DNA of 63,156 bases, the filler included, from Welwitschia mirabilis (lineage: Eukaryota), in assembly GCA_051453625.1 (NCBI GenBank). It is 3 parts of one record of this genome, joined end to end, with 100 filler letters (N's around TTAATTAATTAA, not from the genome) between each part and the next. Parts side by side here need not be neighbours in the genome. Positions count along the whole stretch, not along the records: positions 33,125 to 63,156 come from JBOZIK010000001.1; 2 more parts are not named here. One strand, 5' to 3'. The position numbers were made by a program, and so were the translations under genes. Below are positions 37,675 through 52,100 of the stretch, piece after piece; the first letter of the stretch is position 1, and every line of letters begins with the position of its first letter. The notes below the pieces were generated by a model. The model was not told the DNA's origin, searched no databases, and saw only the letters and a program-made list of their open reading frames with translations.

Positions 37675-40600
37675 TTAAAAAAGGCTTGGGTATTGATTTT
37701 TTATTGATTCTGCTAGATCTTAACTAGCTTTATCAGGACTATGATTACTTCATTTTTATTTTGCAAAGTGACAGTTCATCAGTCCCACACTACTTTCAAC
37801 TCCTCTATAGTCGAACAATTGGGTTCCACCAGAATATGAGACTAGTTTAACACATAAGAAGGATATGCAATGTGCTTTCTTAGCATATTCACATGGAAAA
37901 CATTATACATGTGTAACAATTAGGGAAGTAGAGTAAGTTTGTATGCAATAGGTCCAACATAAATATAGGGAATAATTTTGATCTCTTAACTCCTTACATA
38001 AATAATTTCATTGGTGACATCTTAAGGAAGACATAATCAGCTCCTTGGAATTCAAGATCTATTCTTTAATGATCTGCATAGATCTTTTACCTATTTACTA
38101 CTTCTTTTAGTCTATTCTTAAGGGTTCTCATCTTAATTTTCCATTTCTTCTGATACTTTTCATACTATCATAAATTTTTCTTTAGGTTCCATCCATGTAG
38201 TAGCTACTCTACATTTCTTATCATATAGAGCTTCAAATAGAGCCATTTTAATAGAACTTTGATATTTATTATTATTATATGCAAATTCCACTAATGGTAG
38301 GTATTCTTTCCAACTCTTGGGCTTATCAAGAATACATGCTCTAAGAAGATATTCTAGGATTTGATTGACTCTTTTTACTTGACCATTTGTTTGAGGATGA
38401 AATGTCATGCTTATATTTAGCTTAGTTCCTAAACCCAATTCTAGTTCTTTCCAAAATTCAAAAGTAAATGTTGAATCTCTACCAAAAATAATTACTAAGG
38501 GCATACCATGCAAACGAATATCATTCTAAATGTATACACTATAAGTAGATTTTACTAGAATGAAGTATACTAACTTAGTTGCTCTATCAATTATAAACAT
38601 GGTTGGGTCATTAACTCTTAAGATTCTTGAAAATTCTAATATAAAATCCATGAGAATCACATCCTATTTATGTACTGAAACATTTCGAGGATAAAGTAGT
38701 CATACTAGATTTCTATGTTCTGTCTTGATTTGTTGACAATTTAGAAAGTTTGATACAAACTTTGTTATATCTTTTTTCATCCTTAGCCATCAAATTTTTT
38801 TGCTTCATGTTTCAATACATTTTTATTCCTCTAGAATGATCTGATATTGGAGGATTATGAAATTCAAACGTTAGCTTTTGTCTGATCTCATCTACATTAG
38901 AAACTAAGAATTTTCCCTTGAATTTAATAATACCTTTTGAATTAATACCAAAGTCTCTTAAATCTATTGATTTTCCTAATTTATCCTTTAATTTTTGACA
39001 ATTTTCTTTTTTTTAATCCTCTATAATAATAGTAGGTATTTGACTTTAAATTTTTATAATTATTTTAAGATAACCATATCTACTAAGAGCATCTGCAATT
39101 TTATTCCCTTTTCTCTCATGGTATAAAATTTTAATATTAAAATCACACAAAAATTTTATCCCTACTTTTTACCTAAGGTTCAAGTTTGGTTAAGTGAAAA
39201 TGTATTTTAAACTCTTGTGATCAATTCAAACTTGAAATTTGATGCTATAGAGATAATGCTTCCATAACTTTAAAGCAAATATTACTATATCTAATTCAAG
39301 ATTATGAATAGCGTTGTTTCTATTATGTATCTTAAGTTACCCTAATCTATAGTCTATTACTCTTTTATCTTATTTAATAATATCTTCAGGACCTTATCCT
39401 GATACATCAGTGTAAACTAAAAAGGTCTTAGAATCATCTTATATTAGTAAAAATGGAGTACTAGTTAAACACTTTTTAAGATGATCAAAGGACTATTGAC
39501 ATTTTTCTATCCACTAAAAGTATTTATTTTTTCTTAAAAGACTTATTAAAGGAGAATTTATCTTAGAAAAGTTGAAGATGAATCGACGATAGTACCCAGC
39601 AAGATTAAGGAAACTTCTAATTTTAGTAATAATTATAGATACTATCCATTCCATAATTTCTTTACCTTTATCTAGATCAACTAGAATATACTTCCTAAAT
39701 AATAAATAACCCAAGAACTAAATGGATTTCTTCCAAAAAGAACATTTTTTTATGTTAGCATATAGTTAGTGATTTTTTTTAAAAGTGTCTAAAACTATTT
39801 TCAATTGTTTTTCATGTTTCTCATAAGACTCAGAATAAATGTGAATGTTATCAATCGACATAATTGCAAAGAAATCAAGATATGCCTGGAAGATGTGATT
39901 CATAAGACTCATGAATATTACAAATGCATTAGTTAAACTGAAAGATCTGACAGTGAACTCATAATGTCCATAGCAAGTTCTAAAAGATTTTTTATGAATA
40001 TATTTTTTTCTTTATTCAAACTTTATGATATCCAGATTTTAAATCAACTTTATAAAATACCTTACCTTCATTTAGTTGGTCAAAGAGGTCATCTATTCTT
40101 GGTAATGGATACTTGTTCTTAATTATAAATTTATTTAACTATCTGTTATCAATGCACAACCTAAGTGTTTCATCCTTTTTCTTTACAAATAGCACTGATG
40201 CATCCATGGTGATACACTAGGATTAATAAAATCTTTTTGTAAAAGTTCTTTAAGCTAAATTTTTAATTCTTTCATTTTTGTTGGAGACATGCTATATGAT
40301 GCCTTAGAAATAGGTTTAGTTCCTAGAATTAAATTAATAGCAAACTCAACTTCTTAAATAGGTGGCATTCCTAGTAATTCTATTATAAATATATTAAGAT
40401 AATCTTGGATTAATGGTATATTCCTCATTAAAGTTTATCCTTTCTTTATGTTAGCTGATTTTACACAAAGCATATAGATTAATGATCTCTTCTTAATTTT
40501 TCTCTTCATATGCTTGGCTTTAGTCAAGTTATTCATAGCTAATTTGGACTAACTTTAAAAGATTATTTTTTAACCATGATTTATCATCTCTACTTGACAC

Positions 40601-41900
40601 TTCTTACAATTTATAACCACTTTATTTTACATGAATCAATTTATGCCAAAAGTAACATCATATTTTCATAGATTGATAACAATTAGTTAAATTTAAAAAT
40701 ATTTTCCACTTATAAATAAAGTATAATTTTGGACCTGCTGATTAACCTTACTTATAAACCCATTTGCAAGCTCTATGTAACCCTCAAATGGAAGTATAAC
40801 TTAATTTTTCTCTTAGAATAACTCTATGGGATATAATGCAATGAGTTGATCCACAATCAAATAGAATAACTAGTTTTGTATTATTAAATAAAGCTTTACC
40901 TTTTGTAACTAAGCTCTAAAATTGTAACTCTTGATTATCTATTTCTACATGAAGTCGTCTAATTGGCTGCTGAATGGTTTGTGATCCTCGAGGATTTTCT
41001 GATTATTATTTAGGTTGGCTCTTAGTAAGTAATACATATTCTTTAACCTTATGGTTTACTTTATAATTAAAGTATTAAAAGCCATTATTAGATTAACCTT
41101 AATAATGAATTTGGCTAGGATTATGCTTAAAATTAAATCTTTGTTACTGATTGCTCACATGACTCTGAGTGATAACATTTCAATTCCTCTTAAAAGTGCA
41201 TGTTTATTTTGGTTGAAATTCATGTTTCTATTGTTATTATTAGCAACATTACTCTTATTGAAATTTTAATTCTTATTGTGATGAGGTGCATGCAATTGAT
41301 TTTTCTTAAAGCTAGAATCCTTAGGAGGAATTTGTTTCTTATTTTCTTGTTGTCTTTACCAATTTTGTTCTACTATTTTTTCTTTCTTTATAACCGCAGC
41401 TAAAGTTCTAAGTTGGAACATAAACACCTTAGTAGTAATAAAAGGAAGAAGACTATTAATAAAGATATTTGGTTTAGCTTCTTCATCAAGGTGCATATGT
41501 GATACATATCATAATAATTCCACAAGTTTACATTTATGAGAAGCTATGGTCATATTCTGAGCTTGCCTGAGATTGTAGAATTTGATAATCTTTTTAGTGA
41601 ATGTAGAACTTTGTGACATACTTTTTCTTAAATATGTGCTCAAACTCTCCTTATAGAAGTTTTCACTTGATTTTTCCATCTCTGTTTTGCACCATAAGTT
41701 AGCTTCTTATTATAACATGTAGATAGCTAAAGAAGCCTTTTCATATTCATCACGTTCTAAGGTGCCTAAAACATTTTTAATATCACTTAGCCATGCTTCT
41801 GCTTTTGATGGATTTAAACCTCCTATTAACTTTGGTGGGTTAACTTAATAAATGTTTGAATTAACTTCCTCATGTTTACATCCTTATTAGGTTTATTGAT
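37675..41900 (-). pseudogene. gag-pol remnant with many stops and frameshifts
   Basis: gag NPPKLIGGLNPSKAEAWL (~41780-41845); PR ILFDCGSTH (~40840-40870); RT/RH IRSFLNLAGYYRRFI; INT FHPQTNGQVKRVNQILE..LRAC; chromodomain ..SNHSPDKAS*..QYPSLF (~37680-37775). Confidence 0.9.
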
Positions 41901-42429
41901 ATGATTGTTCATTTGTTGATTTTGGACTTGATTTACTATTTGTTATAGAAATTGCATATGCACTCATTAATACTTCTAGCTTAAGAGTGATGGAAGGTTT
42001 ATTTCCATCATTATGTTGCTAATTAGTCCTTTGGTTTTCTTTATGTTGATTAGTTGGTGTAATTGAATTAACCTTAATACTTGGTTGACGATGGCGACCC
42101 ATCTCGAAGGAGTGGAAAATATTATTACATTTGGTTAATAAGAGGAAAAATATTATATTAAAAGTTGAAGTTCGTAAGTTCTTAATAAAGATTGCATTAT
42201 AACCACTAAGTAATTAATTTAAACTAAATAATCAAGTTAATTCCTCTTTCTTACTCATGAAGGGATTCATTATATTAGACTTATAAGTTACTAATATGGG
42301 TTATAATTAGAAAGGATGGGGAGAATTATAAAAAGTTAGTATAAACTAATTAAAGGTTTAATTTATTTTTTTAAAGAGTATAAACACTCATGATATATTT
42401 ATTTATCTTTTTCTTAAAATGATCAAGCT

Positions 42430-43085
42430 CTATAAGTGATCATATGAGATTATGAGTTTCATGAGTAAAGATCATTATCCTTATCCATAAGGTAATAAAT
42501 TTCTTAAATACATGAATAAGCATTAATTATCTACTTAATATTTCTTAGGAATTAGAGTTATCATAGATTAAATTAACTTAATAATTATTTTGAGATTAAT
42601 ATTATCATGAGTATAATCAACTTTATGATTAATTGATCATTATGATTTTCATAAATATAATTATTTAATAACTAGGATTATCATCAACATAATTACTACA
42701 TAGCTATTAAGGTTAGCATAAATATAATATATTAATTATTTATGGGTTAGGACCATCATGAATATAATTAAATTCATGATTAGTTAAGAATTAGGGTTAT
42801 TAAAAATATGATTAATTTCATGTTTTCTTAGAAAATGGGGAGTAACTTATATATAACTAACATTAAGATGATTCATGAAATAGGATTATAAGAGATATAA
42901 TTAACTACATGATTATTTGATAATCAAGATAACTATAAATATAATTAATTCCATAATTATTTATTACTCGAGATGCTTATGAGGATAACTAAATTCATGA
43001 TTATTTTAGGGATAAGGATTATCAAGAATGTAATTAATTTTTCTAGTTAACTAGAAATTAAGTTTATAATGGATATAATTAAATT
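42430..43085 (-). repeat. Degenerate ~41-bp tandem array in the Tekay 5' UTR
   Basis: Recurrent AATTAGGRTTATCATGAATATAATTAA..TCATGATTA units between the PBS and gag. Confidence 0.65.
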
Positions 43086-43143
43086 TATTTTCAAATAATT
43101 AACATAGACATGATTGAAGTTAACCTAAGATTTGATACCATTA

Positions 43144-46100
43144 TGTAAATGCCTAAACATAATTTTTTTAAAATATTATTAAATGACATGCATAATAAAT
43201 CTAGAATTAATTCCTATTTAGACTCTATTAAAATGTTATAAGATTTAGAATAATTAAATAACATAATTACTACTTAACTATAGATCATTTTGGTTTTCAT
43301 ACAATAACAATGTCAAAATTGTGTCTTATTCATAACTTTTATTTTTTCCACACAAAGATATCTTGTATAATGTTGATAGGATGTTAACTTGTTTTATCAC
43401 TTACAATGAATAAGTTTTAGGATAGTGCCTAACTAATATAATAAGAGGCTACATCTGCCATTAATGAAATTCTAACTCAATATCTAATCACCTTCTAGAT
43501 TTGAGTTAGTTCTACATTAGGTTTTAGACTATACAAACATGGCTAAGCTCAATTCCATAAGCTTACACTTCATTTCAATATACCCCTAATACAAGTGTCA
43601 GGTGGTACATGGGGTGGATGCATATTTACAATTAATCCTTATTCTTTAAAGCATCTTAGGATGGTATAACATGATCCTTTGATAGTAAAGACTCAAGATA
43701 TTAAGTTAGAGTAAGTTCATGGATGGGTGAACTAGGAGAGTAGTGATATAATCCACTTCTAGAAAGGTTTATAAATAAAAGTATAATGCAACCCATCTTG
43801 GTGATGAAATCCAAGTATGGGGATAAATAATTATTAATATTATATTGGTATAGTTAAATGAATACACCATAAAAATGTAAGCATACAATTATATGAACAT
43901 TTAGTGGATTATTTAATTAGTAAAAATAATTATAATCATCATTGGATTTATTTAAAAAAACATTCATCTAAGGAAGGGGAAAAATAGTGTACAAGCATAT
44001 TCTTGATTTTATATGAAAGGGAAGTCATACATTTTCAAAGCATAATAGTGAAAATAATTGAAAGAAAACATCCTTTGATTTTTCTACATTATAGTACTTC
44101 TTTCCAAAAAAGGCACATTAATACATCCAAGTTCTATTATAGAAACATGCTCCGTTTATTGAATTAGGCCAACTTCTAAACCCCTTTTATAAATTCTAAG
44201 TATCTATATTAAAACAAGTTATATATATATATATATATATATATAAACATTAATTAAGCTAATTGATTAGGCTACACATCTCTAAAATTATTAAGTAGAT
44301 AACCATAATTATTGTGCCTAAAATGCAAGAATAAGGGCCTAAATTTTAACAAATAATATATGAAAATTAAAAAAATAAAGTTAAATTAATAAAAAATCAT
44401 GTATAGGATTTAAAATAATTTGTTACTAGCATATATAATTTTCTATAATTATTAAAATTAATTACAAATTTTCTTAGCTTTTAGAAGGCATTAAAACTAA
44501 AAACTTCTAATTAATTATTGAAAAATGTTAAAATAAATTAGAATTATTTTTCTTAAACTAGACTCATTATACCTTAATTAAAAACTAATTTTATTAAATC
44601 TAAATTAGTATAGATATATTTTATAGGGTTAAATTTAGAATTGCTAAAATAACACCCTTCACTAAAATGGCTATAATGTTTAATCTACTTATAGTTTTTA
44701 AATGAGTAAGTACTTTTTGAAAATATTTTGAATTCTCTATAAATTAGACTACTCATTTTTACTCAAGGCTTTCTATAAATTTTGAAAATTAATAATATTT
44801 GATTATTCTTTTTTGCTTGTAATTTTTAAGTTATTTTCATAAACTAATTTTTTTGAAAATTATTTTACTCTTAAAAAATTTACTATTTTTAAACTTTTAA
44901 ATCCCTAACATGATTATAAACCTATAGAAAACATTTAATTAGTTTTAGTTAGTGCTAAATTAATTATAACTTTCTTAAATTATACTTCACTTTTAGGAAA
45001 AAATAAACTTTAACTAAACTAAGAACAAGAGAACTCATACTGATTTATAAAATTAAAAAAAGCAATTAATTAACTAAGAATTTATAATAAAAATTAGTAT
45101 TAAAAGTATATAAAACACAATTATAATCAATATAAACTCAACTTATAATAATAAGCAATGCACCAAATACCATTAACCTTAGGATTTTCTAAGAAGGAGT
45201 GCCTTGCCTAAATAGATTCTTAAGGATCAAACTCATTCACACTAACAAGACTCTAATGTGAAGCTGATGCAAATTTCCTTTGAGTTTTCAAAATTATAGT
45301 AAACCACTTATTTATTTTGCCAAAATATCCATTAAACACATAGAAGCTAAGCATGTTAAGAAGTCCTTCAACTCTCTCTCTTATGCTAGTGGAAGAGGAA
45401 AATTATTCATTGATAGCCTCATCAACTAAGCATGTAAAAATATTTCTAAGATCTCTTCATTATATTAGCATTAGCTAATAGGAGGAAAAATACAAATACT
45501 ACATTGATACTATAATTATATGCATAGGCGTAATGCAAGAAATGAAGCTAAAACCCTTATGAAAGAAGAATCTATCTGGAGGAAAATAGATTAATGATTT
45601 TTGAAGAAGATTAATAAAGTCCTAAGCTCCAACTCCATATTTAAGAGGATGAAAGATTGAGAAGAAATTTTGGTAGCATAAATTTACTTAAAGAATACTA
45701 TTTTAAGAAAAAAGAAAAAGGCTTTATTTATAGATAAACGGTATACACAGATTCTTGATATAATTGGATAAAAACCACCCACATCATTTTACCCATAAGG
45801 TAAATAAATCTCTTTTAATTGATTATATTAATCAAATGATAAGTTGAATGAACTTTATAAAAAAGTGGTATGGATGTATGAATAATAATGATAATATTAA
45901 TTAATGATAAGTTGAATGGACTTTATACAAATGTGATATGGACATATGCATAACAATGATAAGATTGATCAATGACAAGTTGGATAAGCTTGTGTAGAGG
46001 ATACATTGGCATATGAATGACTAGTAATAAGATCGATTAATGATAAGTTGTAAGAGCTTATATAAGAACAAAAACTGATGCGTGAATGATAAAAGGAATA

Positions 46101-47005
46101 TTATGTATGAGTTATACACCTAGTTGGGTTGAGTAACTTATTTGCTTTAATTAACAAGATTAATTACATGCATAATTTCCTTATGTTAGTTCCCTTTTAA
46201 TCCTTCATAGGCTCATAATCAACCTAAAACATACTTAAAATGCATTAGAAGAACAAATGCACCAATTTCAAATTTGCCATGTGATACAACTTTATATATA
46301 AAGTACTTCCATAAATATCAATATGGATAAAAGTTATGGTAGAATAAATTCTATTCATTTATTCTTTTTGGTTTATAGATAAGAGTGCATGTTCTCACTG
46401 ACATAGTTACACTCTTCATAATTCATCACATCAATCACAAATCGCAAAAAATAAATGTAATAATTAAATGTAAGGAAATTTTCATATTTGAATGTAAGAA
46501 AACATCATAGTTGAATGTAAGAAATTGTCATAGTTGAACATAATACTCTTACTTTTTACTTACTTCTTATTCTTTTAGCTTTACTAGGTAATTTTAGTTT
46601 TTCCTTTTTTTATTTGAATAAGAAACAAGGATAAATAATTAATAAAGAGGTCACATGCCATTTTTGTAGACATTTGATTATTATTTATAGCTTTACATGA
46701 TTTTTTAATTTAACTATTTAATAACATAAATAACTTAACTAATCATAAATAGGCTTATTTAGTATTAAATTTCTTATAATTATCATTATTATTTAAAATA
46801 ATAAAATTATTCAAAATTAAGATTAATTAATTAAGTGACCTTATGAGTAGCTATAATTCAATATCTATCTTTACCATAAGAAATATAATACATTATTAAA
46901 TGATAAGGCTATACATTGATTCTCATTTGATTAAGAAAAAAGGATTTTTCTCATAATCATGTCAATACATTTACTAAGTAGAGATTAAAAATGTGGGATA
47001 TAACA
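43144..47005 (-). mobile_element. 5' LTR of the Tekay-like element
   Basis: TGTA...TAACA termini, adjacent to the PBS, homologous to 33732-37593; contains ~66-bp repeats at ~45835-46070. Confidence 0.85.
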
Positions 47006-48020
47006 AATAGACCATGCATGATCATATCAGCAAAGGCATTTTCAATTCTTTGATTAGTCTAAGATAACCATGTAGTACTTGTATCCACAGCTACATCTTT
47101 ACTTAATCATATCAATATGATAGAAATTTAGTAATTTGCTTGCATTAGGAAAACAATAAAGCAATATTAACAACTAGTTTTCTTCTATAAACATTGGCAC
47201 TTCCTCCTTGATTTTCCCTTCAAGATTATAGTATTCTCTAACCCATATGAACATAACATTAATAATACATAATTAAGGTATTAAGTAATAGATCAAATAA
47301 CCAATATAACAAAAATCCATCACTCCAACATGAATATATTAAATCTTATAGCTTTTGCTCAAGATAGAAGTTACATTTGTGGCATAAGTTTTTATCCCAT
47401 TATCGCTACTTCTTCAATTTAACATTCAATTTCTAATGCAATTTCATTTTCCTTCTTACTGTCTATAAAATTTTTGAGATAATCGTAAGATATTCATGTA
47501 AATTTTTACACCTTTAAACATCAAACATTGAAGATTCTCTTAGTGGAATTTGTCAACCATTGATAGTTGACAAATTTGCAAATGTTATCTTCTTCCTAAG
47601 AATTATTATATTTAAATTTTTAAAACTAATAATAATAATAAAAAGGGAAAGGGGAAAAAGATGTGCTTGTATGAATTCTTGTATGTATGGTGTAAGGTAT
47701 ACCTTTTTATTTTCACTAATTCATATTATCTATCTCTAGTACTAGGAACATGAGGCAAATATTAATGAAAGTAAAGAAGTCATATGGTTGACTAGCAAAA
47801 TTTATAGAAAAATGCATTCTAAAAATATAGGTAGATTAGATAGGATCTGTTATAACTCACATTTTGTAAGCTTTAATTAATAGAGTTTCTAAACTATGTA
47901 AAACATTTTTGATATCAATTNNNNNNNNNNNNNNNNNNNNNNNNNNNNNNNNNNNNNNNNNNNNNNNNNNNNNNNNNNNNNNNNNNNNNNNNNNNNNNNN
48001 NNNNNNNNNNNNNNNNNNNN

Positions 48021-48499
48021 TGAAGGAAACCAAGAAAACCAGACTCTCCACGTCACGCTCTGTTCTCCTTCACCGCACCACACGTCCACGCCCAGCTCTC
48101 CACGCCATGCTCTATTCTCCGCAGTCCACACCGCACCAAACATCCACACCCAGCTCTCAACGCCACGCTCTGCTCTCCGCAGTCCGCACTGCATCACACG
48201 TCCACACCGAGCTCTACACGCCACGCTCAACTCTCCGCAAGTTTAGCTCTTCATGCCACAATCTCCACCTTTCTGTCATTCATTCGCGCCAAACGGGTGT
48301 TTTCTATGACAGATTTCTCCCAGATTGTTGGATTTATTGAAGTTTTAACCGCATGTTTTTTACGATTTTTTCCCTTTTTTTAACAAACAATCTGCGATTA
48401 GTTGCGTCGAAGAGAGTCGGCGACTAATCGTCGAGAGTCTGTGTCCGATTGAAAGGCGACTGTAAAATAGTCGCAGGCGAAATCCAGAGTTAAACACTG
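48021..48499. mobile_element. Terminus of a hAT-like DNA transposon (other end lost in the gap)
   Basis: GC-rich island ending TAAACACTG (reverse complement CAGTGTTTA) with subterminal GGCGACT/AGTCG motifs. Tekay LTR sequence resumes at 48500. Confidence 0.6.
48039..48240. repeat. 58-bp GC-rich minisatellite, ~3.5 units
   Basis: CCAGCTCTCCACGCCACGCTCTGCTCTCCGCAGTCC... units at 48092, 48150 and 48208, plus a shorter unit at 48039. Confidence 0.85.
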
Positions 48500-49113
48500 G
48501 TTGGATGCATGCTTACAAATAACCTCTACTTCTTTAAATCGTCTTAGGATGATACAACATAATCCTTTGATACCGGAGGCTTGAGATATTAAGTCAGAGT
48601 CAGACTATGCATGAGTATGATAAGAGAGAAAGGGTGATATTCGCTTTCAAAAGGATTCATAAATAAAAATACAATGCAATCCATTTTAGTGATGAAATAC
48701 AAGTATGGAGATGAATAATTATTGAGATTATCTTTGTTAAGTTAAATGAATACATCATATAAATGCAAGCATACAATTATGTGGATATCTAGTGGATTGT
48801 TTTTCTAGTAAGAATAATTCCAATCATCATTGGGTTTATTTTATGAAGATAATCATACAAAAGAAAAATAGAGTGTATAAGCATCATTTTGATTTTACAT
48901 AGAAGAAAATCATACATTTTCAAACCATAATACTGAAAATAAATGAAAAAAAGAATTTCTTTATTTTTCTATATTATAGTAATTCTTTTTAAATAAGGCA
49001 CATTAATACATCTAAGTTTTATTATAGAAACATACTGAATTCATTGGACTGAGCCAACTGCTAACCCCCCTTTATAAATTTTAAGTATATATATCAAAAC
49101 AAGGTTAAGTTAC

Positions 49114-49148
<35 letters not shown>

Positions 49149-52100
49149 TAGGTGATTGGGCTACACATCTTCAGAATTATTAAGTAGACAACCCTAATGT
49201 TTATGCTTGAAATGCAAGAATAAGAGTCTAAATATTAATAAATAGTATATAAAAATAATTAAAACAAATTTAAATAATTATAAATCATATATAGTATTTT
49301 AGAATAATTTGGTACTTAAATTAGATAATTTTTTATAATTACTAAAATTATTTATAAATTTTCTTAACTTTTAAAAGGCATTGAAACTAGAAATTTTTAA
49401 TTACTTATTTAAAAATATAGAAAAAATTTAGACTTACTTTTCTTAAACTAGACTCTTCATATCATCCCTAAAAACTAGTTTTATTAAATCTAAATTAGTA
49501 TAGACATATTTCATAAGGTAAAACATTGATTATAAAAGCTCTCTAAATTTTAAAGTTACTAAAATAATACCCTTCACAAAAATGACTCTAATGTTTAATC
49601 TACTTGGTATTTTAAACTGAGAAATACTTTTTGGAAAGCTTATCGAGTTTTTGATAGTTTGGACTATTCAATTTGTACCAGAGCTTTTTGTTAATTCTAA
49701 AAGCTGAGACTTTTTACTTATTATTTTTTGCTTGTAAATTTTAATTTATTTTTATAAAATAAATTTGAAAATTTATTTTACTCTCAAAAAAATTTGTTTT
49801 TTGAAACTTTTAAATTCTAATATTATTCGAAGTTATACTAAGTGTTGAATGAGTTATGGCTTTATTAAATTATGATTCACTTTTGGGAAAAAGTAAACTT
49901 TAACTAAGCTAACAACAAGAGAACTTATACTAATTTATAGAAATAGAAATCAATTAAATTAACTAAAAATTTATAATAAAAATTAGTACTCAAAGTATAT
50001 AAAATACATTTATAAGCAATATAAACTTAACTCACAATAATAAACAATGAATGAAATACCATGGGCCTTAGGATTTTCTAAAAAGGAGTACCTAGCCTAA
50101 ATAGATTTTTGAGGATCAGAATCATTCACCCAATAAGAAATCTAATGCCAATCTGATGTAAAATGCATTTCAATAATAAGATAATGTAAAATAACATGGG
50201 TACCCAAAACTATAGTGAACCTCTGTGCCACTTGACAAAAATATCCATTAGACACATAGAAACTAAGCATGGTAAGTGATCTCTCAACTCTATCCCTTAT
50301 CTTAGTCTATGCCAATAGAGGAATAAATTAACCATTGATAGCCCCATCAACTAAGCATGTAAATAGATCCCTTAGATCTCCTCCTTATCTTAATATCAGC
50401 CAATGGGAGAGAAAATACAAATTCTACATTGATACGACAATCATATGCATAGGCCTAATGCAAGAATGCAGCTAAGATTCTTATGAAAGAAGAACCTAGT
50501 TGAAGGGCAAAAGATTGATGATCCTTAAAAAATAATGGTAAAGTTCTAAGCTCCAAGCTTTCAAGTTCTAAGCTTCAAGCTTCAAGCTCGAAGCTTCAAG
50601 ATCTAACCTTTAACTCCACACTCAAGACGATGAAAGATTGAGAAGAAATTTTAGTAGCATAAAATCCCTTAAAGAATATTATCTTGAGAAGAAGAAGGGG
50701 GCTCTATTTATAAATAAATGGTATACTGAAGGTGTCACAACCCACACTTGGGCTAGACTTAAAAAAACACGAAAAACATGAGATTTTTTTTTTTTGAGCT
50801 TAAACTTAAATAAAATTAGCTTACCACACATGATTAATGATTACAGCGGATCATTTAGTTTGAGACTAAGATAATCACTTCTAAATTACCCACAGGGTAC
50901 ACCTCAGGAGAGCTATATGAAGATAGCTCACCTGATGAACACCACATCCAACTTAAGGTCATTTTAAAGCCTCGTTTAGTAACACACCGGAAGGGTGTGT
51001 GAGTTGTGGTCGAACGGTTGATTGCATCCACAGCCAAGCAACCATGCCTATGTATCCTTATCCAAAGGAGATCAGACCACACGTAGTTCTATCTTGGACC
51101 TCATTTCCTTCTCCACCAATACACATGAGCGTATGATAGATCAGGGTGATCCGTGTCAGTGGCATAGGGCAGAATTAAACATAAACCAATACAAGAATGT
51201 AATATCGAATTCAACTAGAAAAGAGTACCACGACATGAAATGACATGTCATCAAAACATATTACTCACACAAATATATACATAAGCATCAATAGCTATGT
51301 TAAAATATAGGNNNNNNNNNNNNNNNNNNNNNNNNNNNNNNNNNNNNNNNNNNNNNNNNNNNNNNNNNNNNNNNNNNNNNNNNNNNNNNNNNNNNNNNNN
51401 NNNNNNNNNNNATAAAAGTGATATGGACATGTGAATAATAATGATAAGATTAATCAATGACAAGTTAGATGAGCTTGTGTAGAAGTGATATTGACATATG
51501 AATGACTAGTCATAATATTGAACAATAAGAAGTGGTACGAGACTATGTAAGAAGTAAAGTAATGTATGAATGACAAAAGTAACCTTATTTATGACTCCTG
51601 CACTTAATTTGGGTGAGTAATTTTCTTACTTTAATTAGTAAGATTCATTACATGCATCATTTCTTCATACAAGTTTCTTCTTAATCCTTTATAAACTTAT
51701 AATCAATTCAAAACATATTTAAAATGCATTAGCAGAACAAATGTATTAATTTCAAAATTGCCATGCGATACAACAAAAAAATAATATTTTCTGTATAAAG
51801 TACTTTCGTAAATATTAACAAGGATAAAAGTCATGGTAGAATAAATTTTACCCATTTATCCTTTCTGGTTTATGGATAAGCACGCATGTCCTTATTTACA
51901 TGTTTACACTCTTCATGATCCATCACATCAACAACATAAATCATAAGAAATAAATGTTATAATTGAATGTAAGAAAAATGTCATAATTGAATGTAAGAAA
52001 ATGTCATAGTTGAATATAGTACTTTTGCTTTTTACGTGCTTATTATTCTTTCACTTTTACCATGTAATCTTAGTTTTATTTTTATTTTTATATTTAAATA

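Larger units (their letters stand above)
33732..47005 (-). mobile_element. Full-length, degenerate Ty3/gypsy chromovirus (Tekay/Del-like)
   Basis: Two ~3.86-kb LTRs, Met-PBS (TTTGATACCA at 43131-43140), PPT (TACTCCCCCACTTAAAA at 37594-37610) and gag-PR-RT-RH-INT-chromodomain order. Confidence 0.9.

Noticed and set aside
47006-47920. Possible copia gag/protease remnant on the minus strand
   Set aside because: The motifs are too degraded to support a call.
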